Shown piece by piece: positions 39,969-50,100 of a DNA stretch of 64,000 nucleotides (the first letter of the stretch is position 1; each line of letters begins with the position of its first letter). The notes below the pieces were generated by a model. It was given only the letters and a program-made list of their open reading frames with translations. It did not search any database and was not told the origin of the DNA. Location of the stretch: IMG/VR virus record IMGVR_UViG_3300023184_004198, positions 148,615-212,614 of that record; one strand, 5' to 3'. Made by a program: the position numbers and the translations under genes.

Positions 39969-39989
39969 TAAACATACAGGACCTTTCTT
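39954..39989 (+). terminator. Hairpin/terminator overlapping the dnaJ promoter and RBS
   Basis: AGGGTCCTGTAT-N8-ATACAGGACCTT then TCTT. Confidence 0.6.
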
Positions 39990-40775
39990 ATGACCGACTA
40001 CTACGCCACACTGGGCGTCTCTCGAACTGCCACTGCTGACGAAATTAAACGAGCCTTTCGTCGGCTGGCCAGTCAACATCATCCCGATAAAGGTGGCGAC
40101 ACACAGAAGTTTCAGGCCATACAAGCAGCCTACGCTGTGTTAGGCGAAGAGCAGAAACGTGCTGAGTATGACAATCCCAGACCACAGTTTTCGGGATTCA
40201 ACGGCGGTGTAAACATCAATGATATTTTTAACATGTTTGGACAAGGTGGCTTTCCAAGTGGGGGATTTGCACAACAACATCCCAGACGCAGTCATGTAAG
40301 AATGACACTTTGGATTACTTTGTTGGATGTAGCCACTGGTGGTCGACGCACCGTGAGTCTAGGCACACAAGCCGGAGTCAGTGCAGTAGAAATTGACATA
40401 CCCTTGGGCATTAACGACGGCGACAATGTGCAATATGAAGGAATTGGACCTGGTGGCTCAGATCTTGTGGTGCAATTCAAAATAAATCCTGATCGCAAAT
40501 GGCAGAGAGATGGGTTGAACTTGATACAAGAAGTTCGAATTGATATCTGGAATCTAATTCTAGGCGGCGAACTTACCATTGACACTTTAACTGGAAAAAC
40601 ACTCAGCACTCGTGTGCCAGAACGCACACAGCCCGGTACTGTATTACGACTCAAAGCACAAGGCTTGCGGGATCGAGCAGGGCATATAGGAGACATTTTG
40701 ATTCGAATACAGACTTTTTTGCCTGATCAAATTGCACCCGAAATCATTGATGCCATCCAAAAGCACCAAGAATAA
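39990..40775 (+). CDS. DnaJ-class chaperone (CbpA-like, no zinc finger)
   Basis: DYY..LGV...[17 protein letters not shown]-domain, G/F region, C-terminal domain. Confidence 0.92.
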   Translation: MTDYYATLGVSRTATADEIKRAFRRLASQHHPDKGGDTQKFQAIQAAYAVLGEEQKRAEYDNPRPQFSGFNGGVNINDIFNMFGQGGFPSGGFAQQHPRRSHVRMTLWITLLDVATGGRRTVSLGTQAGVSAVEIDIPLGINDGDNVQYEGIGPGGSDLVVQFKINPDRKWQRDGLNLIQEVRIDIWNLILGGELTIDTLTGKTLSTRVPERTQPGTVLRLKAQGLRDRAGHIGDILIRIQTFLPDQIAPEIIDAIQKHQE

Positions 40776-40795
40776 ATATTTTGGCACAGCCCAGG

Positions 40796-40824
40796 TTGCA
40801 CCAAATATGAAAATAGCATATAAT
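40796..40824 (+). promoter_or_regulatory. Sigma70-type promoter for clpA
   Basis: TTGCAC-N17-TATAAT. Confidence 0.65.
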
Positions 40825-40851
40825 AACCCATAGGACAACTCAAGGACCCAC

Positions 40852-43107
40852 ATGCAAAATAATCCCGAAATTGAACATATTGTTGAACAAGCAGTGAAAA
40901 TTGCGCGAGACAAACATCATGAATATGTGATCACCGAACACTTGTTGTTGAGCCTGATCAGGCATACACCTTTTCGTAAAACACTGGATCGTTTTGGTGT
41001 AGAAATTACACAAATGGATCAAGAAATTGAGGCCTATCTTGATGGATTGAAACACTTGGTCAAGACTGATGCAGATTTGCAACCACGCAAAACACAGACA
41101 CTAGAACGACTGTTCAATCGTGCCAATGTGCAGGTTATGTTCACTGGTCGTAGAACACTAACAACTTTGGACCTGTACTTGAGCATCATGGCCGAAACCA
41201 ACAGCCATGCACACTACTTCTTGCTGAAATATGGTGTGAAGAAAACTGAATTTGCTGATTTCTACAGCAAAAATTACACAGCCGCCGAAACAGCCCGGAT
41301 GAATACCAATCAGGCCAACGACATTTTGAACGAGTACTGCACCAATTTAACAGCACAGGCACAAGCAGATCAGTTGGAACCACTTATTGGTCGCCAAACC
41401 GAACTGCACGAAATGATCACAGTAATGGCACGACGTTTCAAAGCCAACGTGCTCATGGTGGGTGATCCTGGTGTGGGCAAGACCTGCATTGTGGACGGCC
41501 TTGCACAGGAAATTGTTGCTGGCCGTGTGCCCAAATTCATTCAGGACCACGAAGTATGGGGTTTGGAAATTGGTAGTCTGTTGGCAGGATCAAAGTATCG
41601 TGGTGAATTTGAAGAAAAATTCAAGGCTGTGATTGCTGCCTTGGAAACCAAGAAAAAATGTATCCTGTTTATTGACGAAGCACACACTATGAAAGGTGCT
41701 GGTTCAGGTTCACAAAGCAGTCTAGACTTTGCCAACATGTTGAAACCTGCAATCACCAAAGGCCACTTGAAAGTAATTGCTAGTACAACCTGGGAAGAAT
41801 ACTACGAATCATTTGAAAAGGATCGCGCACTCATGCGTAGATTCTACAGACTCAGCATTGACGAACCCGATCAGGACACCACAGAAAAGATTTTGATTGG
41901 GTTAAGCCCCAGATTGGAAAAATTTCATGACGTCATGATTGACACAGATGCTATCATGGCCTCTGTTGAACTGGCCAATCGATACATTCATGATCGTAAG
42001 AATCCTGACAAAGCCATTGATTTGTTGGATGCGTCATGTGCTAGAGAGCGTGTAAAGGATGCGGGCACAGTCACAGTCACCAAAGAAATGATTCAAGCAC
42101 AAGTAAGCCGTGTGGCAGGTGTACCTGTGGATCGCTTACAGAATGAACGCAGTGCAAAGATTGTGGATCTCGAAAGCAATATCAAGCAGAAGTTGTATGG
42201 ACAAGACTCAGCAGTGGATTCAGTGCTGGAACGTGTGTACATCAACTTTGCTGGTATTGGCAATGCCCGGCGTCCTATTAGCAGTTTCCTGTTCCTAGGC
42301 CCCACAGGTACAGGCAAAACTGAGTTAGCCAAACTGCTCGGCGAACACTTGGAAATGAAACTGTTGCGTTATGACATGAGTGAGTATCAGGAAAAACACA
42401 CAGTGTCAAGCCTGATTGGTGCGCCTCCTGGCTATGTGGGCTTTGAAGATGGCAACGTGGGCGGCGGCAAGTTAATTTCAGACATCAGCAAGAATCCCTA
42501 TGCTATTATCTTGTTTGACGAGATTGAAAAAGCACACAGTGATGTCACCAACATCTTGTTGCAGATGCTGGACGAGGGGCACATTACTAGTGCAAATGGC
42601 AAAAGAGTTGATGTGAAAAACTGTATCATTATTATGACATCAAACTTGGGTGCTCAAGCCAATGACACCAACAACATTGGTTTTGGATCATTGGAGAAGT
42701 CAGGAGAAGAAGACCGTGCAATGAAAGACTTCTTCCGTCCTGAACTGCGCAATCGCATTGACAAGATTTGCAAGTTCAACAAACTGAACACCTTGGCCAT
42801 CAAGAAGATTGTGGTCAAGTTCGTGGACGAACTCAAAGCCAGTATGACACACAAAAACATCAGACTGGTGCTGACTGAACCGGTGATTGACTACTTGGCT
42901 GACAAAGGCTACGACTCCAAGATGGGCGCACGTCCACTGAGTCGTAAGATTGATGAACTGATTCGTGTGCCACTGAGTAAGAAGATCCTGTTTGATCGAC
43001 TGGAAAATTGCACCATCACTGCTGTGATGACTGAAGATACAGTAGAGTTCAACATTGAGCAAGATGCTGTGACCATTGTGAACTCTGAGGGGATTATTAT
43101 TGTATAA
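40852..43107 (+). CDS. clpA: ATP-dependent Clp protease ATP-binding subunit, ClpA-like
   Basis: N-domain EHLLL; GDPGVGKT and GPTGTGKT Walker A; GAPPGYVG; IGF loop; no ClpB middle domain. Confidence 0.9.
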   Translation: MQNNPEIEHIVEQAVKIARDKHHEYVITEHLLLSLIRHTPFRKTLDRFGVEITQMDQEIEAYLDGLKHLVKTDADLQPRKTQTLERLFNRANVQVMFTGRRTLTTLDLYLSIMAETNSHAHYFLLKYGVKKTEFADFYSKNYTAAETARMNTNQANDILNEYCTNLTAQAQADQLEPLIGRQTELHEMITVMARRFKANVLMVGDPGVGKTCIVDGLAQEIVAGRVPKFIQDHEVWGLEIGSLLAGSKYRGEFEEKFKAVIAALETKKKCILFIDEAHTMKGAGSGSQSSLDFANMLKPAITKGHLKVIASTTWEEYYESFEKDRALMRRFYRLSIDEPDQDTTEKILIGLSPRLEKFHDVMIDTDAIMASVELANRYIHDRKNPDKAIDLLDASCARERVKDAGTVTVTKEMIQAQVSRVAGVPVDRLQNERSAKIVDLESNIKQKLYGQDSAVDSVLERVYINFAGIGNARRPISSFLFLGPTGTGKTELAKLLGEHLEMKLLRYDMSEYQEKHTVSSLIGAPPGYVGFEDGNVGGGKLISDISKNPYAIILFDEIEKAHSDVTNILLQMLDEGHITSANGKRVDVKNCIIIMTSNLGAQANDTNNIGFGSLEKSGEEDRAMKDFFRPELRNRIDKICKFNKLNTLAIKKIVVKFVDELKASMTHKNIRLVLTEPVIDYLADKGYDSKMGARPLSRKIDELIRVPLSKKILFDRLENCTITAVMTEDTVEFNIEQDAVTIVNSEGIIIV

Positions 43108-43798
43108 AGTTGAAAAAGACGATCGTAGCAGTCTGTACTATAACCAGTACGAATATTGTGTGACCCTCAACATCTCAGATGCTAGTTGCTTACGCGATCT
43201 GCAGCCTGTGAGATTTGAGGCATCCATTCGCAATGCCAAGTACTGGGCCGAAATGGACCGTGGTGGCGCCTATCAAAATCGTGGCCGAGATGTTTGGGAA
43301 GGTACAGCCAAAGAACTTGCCTTGCGTGAAACTCGCGATATCTTGTTGGAACAAGCCGGCACATACAAAGCAGTGATCAGTTTCAATGTGTTGAGCCTGT
43401 ACACCAACAATCGCCGGTTGGCTGATCAGTTTGTCGAACTGGACAATCCCGGTGTTCGACTACATCTAGTGCGTCAAGCCATGATCACCAAACCCTCAGG
43501 TGTCGTACAGTTGCAAGAATCCAAACACGGTTACAGAACTTATCTGCGAGAACGCAAATACAGTCTGGATCAACGAAACTTGTTGCTGGATTTTTTGCGA
43601 GCACGTGAGGGAACCCTGCGTCCCTGCGGTGCATTGATGGCGTGGTTAGAGGCTCGACCCAAGTACTATATGGCCAATCTCAACTACAGCCGAAGCCACT
43701 ACTTTGTGGACCATGATCACCCCAACGAAGGCACCATGATCAGCCTGGTGATGCCGGGCATTGTAAGAAAGACTCTGCCCATTGAAACGACTAAATAA
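43100..43798 (+). CDS. Hypothetical protein
   Basis: 232 aa, TTG start with GAGGGG RBS. Confidence 0.7.
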   Translation: MYKVEKDDRSSLYYNQYEYCVTLNISDASCLRDLQPVRFEASIRNAKYWAEMDRGGAYQNRGRDVWEGTAKELALRETRDILLEQAGTYKAVISFNVLSLYTNNRRLADQFVELDNPGVRLHLVRQAMITKPSGVVQLQESKHGYRTYLRERKYSLDQRNLLLDFLRAREGTLRPCGALMAWLEARPKYYMANLNYSRSHYFVDHDHPNEGTMISLVMPGIVRKTLPIETTK

Positions 43799-43804
43799 TA
43801 TACT

Positions 43805-43969
43805 ATGGCTAAAATACACGAAGAAGTAGTTGTGATCAAACTCTCAAAATTGGTCAAAGATACCGATGCTGGCAGCGAAATTGCTACCACAGACATCGTT
43901 GCTGCCTTGCAATCAGTGGCTGAAGAGCTGGTAGGTGCAGGTGTTGTTGTAGAAGCGGACAAAGCCTAA
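43805..43969 (+). CDS. Small hypothetical protein (54 aa, not in ORF track)
   Basis: MAKIHEEVVVIKLSKLVKD...; TAAATA-N7-ATG; TAATG coupling to next gene. Confidence 0.7.
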   Translation: MAKIHEEVVVIKLSKLVKDTDAGSEIATTDIVAALQSVAEELVGAGVVVEADKA

Positions 43970-44331
43970 TGACCACAAAGACCATTCTTGCGACCACTGA
44001 GTATGGTGTGCCTTCGGGCAACTATGATGGGTCAAGTCAAGACTGGTCAAGTGATCCTGTCACTGCTGCCAACTACTATCGCGGACGCGGTGGCGTGCAG
44101 ACTATTACGTTCTCAGTCACAGATTTTGAAGGCGACATGTACCTTGATGCTTGTTTGGACGAAAATCCTGCTGAAGCCAATTGGTTTAACACATACATTT
44201 ATGGCGACGGAAGTACCATCCCACTCACTGACTATCATCCTGCTACCATCACTGGCAACTTTACATGGATGCGAGTGCGTGTTGAAGGGTTTTCAGGCGG
44301 CACTATCAACTCAGTTACTATCACTTACTAA
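43969..44331 (+). CDS. Hypothetical beta-rich (virion) protein
   Basis: 120 aa; GNFTWMRV. Confidence 0.7.
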   Translation: MTTKTILATTEYGVPSGNYDGSSQDWSSDPVTAANYYRGRGGVQTITFSVTDFEGDMYLDACLDENPAEANWFNTYIYGDGSTIPLTDYHPATITGNFTWMRVRVEGFSGGTINSVTITY

Positions 44332-44349
44332 ACTCAATTTGAGGTAAAA

Positions 44350-44784
44350 TTGGAAACTATAAACATATCATTTGATATAGATACATCAGACTCTGAATGT
44401 CCATTGGGTGTGGAAATTTTACTAGACAACATTGTGCTGTTAAAAATTGATCATGTTCAAGAAAAAATCAAATTTTCACACGCTATAAACGACGATGACG
44501 GTGAACATAAACTGAGTGTGATTATTTGTGGGAAAACGCACGAGCACACCAAAATTGACGAATTAGGTAACATTGTCAAAGACGCCACATTGCAGTTATC
44601 AAATGTTGTCATTGATGATATTGATGTAAATCAATTGTTTTTAGACAAGTGCGTGTATACACATGATTTCAATGGTACACAGTCTGAAATCGCAGACACA
44701 TTTCATGGTGTTGCAGGCTGTAATGGTACAATCAGTTTTGAATTTTCCACTCCCATTTACCTATGGTTGCTGGAAAACATGTGA
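44350..44784 (+). CDS. Hypothetical protein
   Basis: GAGG RBS, TTG start; F.TPIYLWLLEN end. Confidence 0.7.
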   Translation: METINISFDIDTSDSECPLGVEILLDNIVLLKIDHVQEKIKFSHAINDDDGEHKLSVIICGKTHEHTKIDELGNIVKDATLQLSNVVIDDIDVNQLFLDKCVYTHDFNGTQSEIADTFHGVAGCNGTISFEFSTPIYLWLLENM

Positions 44785-44799
44785 CGCTAAATACAGTTT

Positions 44800-46128
44800 A
44801 TGACAACTGTAGTAATCATGCCCGGTGGGTTTCACCCTTTTCATGCAGGACATTTGGCCCTGTATCAATCAGCGCAACGAGCCTTCCCTGGCGCCGACGT
44901 GTATGTTGCTGCCACTGATGATACCAGCACACGCCCGTTTCCCTTTCAAGTCAAAGAAAAACTAGCACAGTTGGCCGGGGTTGACCGTGGCAGATTCATG
45001 CGTGTCAAAAGCCCATTCCAGGCTGCAGAAATCACAGCACCATACAATCCCCAAAAAGATCAGTTGATATTTGTTCGCAGTGAAAAAGACGCAGACAAAC
45101 CACCACGAGCCGGTGGAGTTAAAAAGAACAGCGAGCCATCATACTTGCAACCATTGCTGGGTGCAAAAAAACTAGAACCATTTGCAAAACATGCTTACAT
45201 GGCCTACTTGCCCACAGTGGAGTTTGGTCCAGGTATGACTTCGGCCACAGAGATACGTGCTGCTTGGCCTAAATTGGATGAGCGTAGAAAAACTGCATTG
45301 GTAATGAGCTTGTATCCAAAAACACAGGCCAATCCTAAATTGGCCGCTAATGTGGTCAAAATGTTAGACAACGCTATTGGCACAGAAGTTGCTGAAAATC
45401 AAGGCTGGGCAGCCACTTACGAGTCGGACGGCATCACTGCTGGTACCGGCGTGACTGGTGGCATGCACGCCACATATCAAGATAGATACAACCAACCTGT
45501 GGACGAAGCCAAGTTGCATTTTACTGATCCCACAATCCGAGTCAACTTGTACTATGTTCCGCCAAAACTACAGCATCAAGGCAAAGTGCAGAATGTAGCT
45601 CACAATATTCCTTACTCAACTGTGCAACCATTGATTGATAGACTGATGCAAAAATATCCCAACATGCATCCTGAATATCTAGTTGTGGGACCAACAGACA
45701 AAAATCAGTATGGTCAACGACTAAAAGAACAAGAGCAGTTGTCTGGAACAATTAAAGCAATACCCAAAGACGACTCAGAATATGATTGGGACTATTACTA
45801 CAAAGATCAACAGATTCAACCGGGCACAGACATACATTCAAAGATAAAAGATTTGCACATGAGTCAAAAATATCCTGAGTATAATGCTCTGAAATCAGCA
45901 TTTGAAAAACCTTATACCTCAGGCAAAGTAATACCGCCTGAACAGTGGCCAGAAAATCAACCATCGCAGGATCGTGTTGTGCCAAACTTTTCGGATGTTG
46001 GAGGCCCTGATTATACCATTCCCAAGCAGTTTATTAAAGATCCAGAAGGTAAACCCATCAGGCTCAAAGACTTTTTACCGCATGATCCAGACATGAACGA
46101 AGACTACATTGAAGAATGTCGGTCGTAA
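44800..46128 (+). CDS. HIGH-motif nucleotidyl/cytidyltransferase-like protein with accessory C-terminal modules
   Basis: PGGFHPFHAGH; SATEIR; C-terminal modules separated by xxE linkers. Confidence 0.75.
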   Translation: MTTVVIMPGGFHPFHAGHLALYQSAQRAFPGADVYVAATDDTSTRPFPFQVKEKLAQLAGVDRGRFMRVKSPFQAAEITAPYNPQKDQLIFVRSEKDADKPPRAGGVKKNSEPSYLQPLLGAKKLEPFAKHAYMAYLPTVEFGPGMTSATEIRAAWPKLDERRKTALVMSLYPKTQANPKLAANVVKMLDNAIGTEVAENQGWAATYESDGITAGTGVTGGMHATYQDRYNQPVDEAKLHFTDPTIRVNLYYVPPKLQHQGKVQNVAHNIPYSTVQPLIDRLMQKYPNMHPEYLVVGPTDKNQYGQRLKEQEQLSGTIKAIPKDDSEYDWDYYYKDQQIQPGTDIHSKIKDLHMSQKYPEYNALKSAFEKPYTSGKVIPPEQWPENQPSQDRVVPNFSDVGGPDYTIPKQFIKDPEGKPIRLKDFLPHDPDMNEDYIEECRS

Positions 46129-46186
46129 AAAATAACACCCGCTGTTATAATCTTTAAATACTAACATAATTTTTAACGGAGAACCC

Positions 46187-47125
46187 ATGTCAGACCAAGC
46201 ACCGGTGACTACCACGCCACCAACCGATCCTGCCCAAACCAATCAGCAAAACATTCAAGTAAACATTGACTATTTGCGTACCACACGAGTGCATATTTGT
46301 ATGCCTTGTTATGGTGGACAACTAACAGAACAAACTTTTATGAGTTTTGTGAAATGGGCCAACCTATGTCGTCAACTCAACATTGACTGGACAGTGGAAA
46401 CCATGACCAATGAAAGTCTGATCAGCCGAGCACGTAATACACTTACCGCTAAATTTTTATACACCAAAGAGTCAACACATTTGATGTTTATTGACGCTGA
46501 CATTGGTTGGGAACCTTGGCACCTGTTGGTCATGCTGGATGCACAAAAAGATGTAATCGGCGGATTGTACCCTATGAAGAGCTTGCCGGTCAAATGGTGT
46601 GTGAATGGCATTCCTGGACAAGTGGAAGAGCCTGGTGCTAACTTGATCGAAGTTACCAAAACCGGCACAGGTTTCTTGTTGATCAAGCGTGATGTGTTTG
46701 AAAAGTTAAATGCACACCCTGCCACCAAGCCGTTCAACAACGACATTGGCTTGCCTGTGGAACTCAACCCTTATATGAAAACCTACTTTGACACTGCTGT
46801 GCGTGAGAACCGCTACTACAGTGAAGATTGGACTTTCTGCGAAAACTGGCGCGACATTGGTGGACAAGTATGGGTGGACAAACGTATCCTGTTGCGTCAC
46901 GTGGGCACTTACACATTTGACTATGCCACACACGAACAACTGTACAAGGACCTTAAACAGATGTTTGAACCCAGTGCAGTAACAGTTACACCTGTGTCAC
47001 AGCCAGAACAAATCACTGGCAAACCTGCTGAAGGACACGATCTAGCCAAAGAACCGCCGCCTGTGCCTGAACCCACAGTGATGGCATCCAGCAAAAAGAG
47101 CAAGAAACCAGCAACTGTTGAGTAA
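46187..47125 (+). CDS. GT-A (GT2-like) glycosyltransferase
   Basis: PCYGG, ESLISRARN, FIDADI, GTGFLLIKR, SEDW.FC, L.HVG. Confidence 0.8.
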   Translation: MSDQAPVTTTPPTDPAQTNQQNIQVNIDYLRTTRVHICMPCYGGQLTEQTFMSFVKWANLCRQLNIDWTVETMTNESLISRARNTLTAKFLYTKESTHLMFIDADIGWEPWHLLVMLDAQKDVIGGLYPMKSLPVKWCVNGIPGQVEEPGANLIEVTKTGTGFLLIKRDVFEKLNAHPATKPFNNDIGLPVELNPYMKTYFDTAVRENRYYSEDWTFCENWRDIGGQVWVDKRILLRHVGTYTFDYATHEQLYKDLKQMFEPSAVTVTPVSQPEQITGKPAEGHDLAKEPPPVPEPTVMASSKKSKKPATVE

Positions 47126-47142
47126 CGGTAAATATAGTTCGT

Positions 47143-50100
47143 ATGAACATCAACGAACTAGACTCCTATAATCTTGCAGACGCAGTAAAATTTCACCGCC
47201 GTCTCAATCCCAGAATCTGGGGGCGAGACGAGCACTTGCTGCCTGAAGTGCGTGAAAAATTACTGGCCATTGCTGCGGATTTTCAAGAATTCCTGGGCGT
47301 GGATGATCTCAACGTTCAAGACATCACTATATCAGGCTCAAATGCAGCCTATTCATATACAAAAAATTCAGACATTGACCTGCATCTTGTGGTTGAGATG
47401 CCTGATGATCCTGTGTATCAGGAACTGTTCAACGCTAAAAAATATCAATACAACGACGAGCACAATATAAAGATTGGTGGTGCGGATGTAGAGTTATATG
47501 TACAGCCTAGTGATCAAGCACATCACAGCCAAGGCATTTATTCAATTCAAGACAACCAATGGTTGCAGGTACCTCAACGCAAACGTGCTCAAATAGATGA
47601 TGCGTGTGTGCGTGACAAGGTTGCAGACCTGGATGCCAGAATTCACGCTGCCGTCAAAAGCAAAAATATCGACGCTGTGACCACATTGTGGAACAAGATC
47701 AAAACCATGCGTCAAGCGGGACTCGAACAACATGGTGAGTTTGGCTGTGAAAACATTGCTTTCAAAATGTTGCGCAACAGCGGCTGCATTGGTGCGTTGA
47801 AAGATGCTAAAACAGCACTGCAAGATCGTGAACTCAGTCTGCATGAAGAGCCACGAAAGAGATTTCGTTATGGGTATGGTTCGACAATGGTTGAAGCATC
47901 TACTCCTGATGGAGTCAGTCCTACCACTCAAATGTTTTTGAATGAAGATGACGAGATTGAAACCAAAGTACGTGACTTCATCCAACATGTGACCACAGAA
48001 CTGGGTATTGACCCCATGCCAGAAATTCACTTGCACACTGATCCCGAATGGAGTGTACACAATCACAGTTTTGGTCGTTACGACCCTGACAGTCATACTT
48101 TGAATGTCAGCATGCCCAACCGCCACATCCTGGATGTGTTGCGTACAGTGGCACATGAACTGGTGCATTGCAGTCAAAACCAACAACATGGGCACTTGCC
48201 CGACGATGCAGGTGAAACTGGCAGTCGCTGGGAAAATGATGCCAATGCTCGTGCAGGTATCATCATGCGCGACTGGGCCAACGCACACCCAGAAGATTTT
48301 GAACAAGCACCCTTGGCAGAAAATGCTTCGGGCTATATTCCCAAGAACAAACGAGAAGCAGCCCGGCCACAGTATGCCATGGCACTGAGTGTGGATATCA
48401 AACCTGGGCAGGTGGGCAAAGAAGCCAACAAGTTGGCATTGAAAACTGGACGCAATGGTGAGCCAGGCTTGCTACAACCTGATGCACAAAACTTGTTGCG
48501 TGAGTTTGCAGAATTCGCAGAAGAACAAGAAAACTTGTTTGAAATAACCATGAGCCCCTCAAGTCTGCGCAAATTGAGTGCGCAAACTGGTGCCTTGGCC
48601 GGCATGGAATTTGAAATGTGTGTGCCCAACGTCGAAGGCAACGACGACGGTGATCAAGAACCTGACTATGACTATGATGAACGCTGCCGTAGCATTGAAG
48701 ATGCTGTGCAATTTTTCTATGATGGTGATTGGAACGGTCGTAGAGACGTAGAACGCATGCGTGAAAGAATGCAGAGTGATTTCAGTGATTGGCTGATGGA
48801 CAAGGTCTATCAAGACTGGGAACGCCATGGCGAGGAATATCTGGAAGAATGGGTGCCCAACAACGTGGACGAATCTGAGTGGAATCCTGAAGGCCTGGAA
48901 GGTGAGGCTCGTCAAGAAGCACTAGAAGAATACATCGCTGCTATGCATGCCGATGCCGGCAGCAGTGGTGATGCGTTTGATGAGTACAGAGAAGAAAATC
49001 AAGAGTCATATGACGAAAGTGACTGGTTGGATGACGAAGACCTAGACCGCATGAGTAGTATTGAAAATGCCTACTCAATGAACTGGCCGCACTGGACCAA
49101 CCCCGGCCGTGGCGAAACCAGCATTGAAGATATTGCTGACAGTTTTAGAGACGCAGTGGGCCGCCCAATACTAGCCAGCACCAGTTATCACAGCAGCCGA
49201 GTTGAACGACCCAGCACCAAAAACTTGGAATACATTGTAGAACCTGACAGCAGTATTGATGTTGATGACAACGACGATCGAGGCCTGGAGTTTGTAAGCC
49301 CGCCCTTGCCTATAGAAGAACTGCTGAGTGATTTGAACAAGGTCAAAGCCTGGGCTGATCGTACTGGTTGTTATACCAACGATTCAACCGGCCTGCATAT
49401 CAACGTGTCAGTACCTGGCTGGTCCGGCGACCTCAGTCAATTGGACTATGTAAAACTGGCCCTGTTGCTGGGCGATGAGCATGTGTTGGAATCTTTTGGA
49501 CGTGCTGGCAATACCTATTGCAAGTCAGCCATGGGCAAGATACAAAAAGCAGTGAAACAAAATCCTGACAAGGCAGAAGAACTGTTGGAACGCATGCGAC
49601 AGGGCATGGATCAACTGGCCAGCAAGGCCATACACTCAGGCGTCACAGACAAATACACATCAATCAACCCCAAAAATGGCTACATTGAATTCCGTTCACC
49701 CGGGGGCGATTGGTTGAATGATAACTTCAAAGAAATCGACAACACCCTGCGTAGATTCACAGTGGCCCTGAGTGCAGCCGTGGATCCTAAAGCGTATCGC
49801 CAAGAATATCTAAAGAAACTGTACAAATTGTTGGATGTTCACAGTGAAAAAGATCCCTTATCATACTTTGCAAAATTTGCCGCAGGCGAGTTGCCCAAGG
49901 CAGCACTGAAAAGTTTTGTGCGTCAAGCACAGTTAGAACGTGGTGTCAAGCGTGGCAAAGAAACAGGCCCAATGTGGTGGCGGGTGTACAAAGAAGGCAA
50001 AAATGCTGCCAACGGTGCCGTAATCGAAGTTGTGGCTTCTAGCCGAGAAGAAGCATTAGACAAAGCCGCCGAAGAATGGGGTGTGTTTAGCAACGAATAC

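Noticed and set aside
47542-48306. 254-aa minus-strand ORF
   Set aside because: Shadow of the polyvalent protein gene, with no motifs
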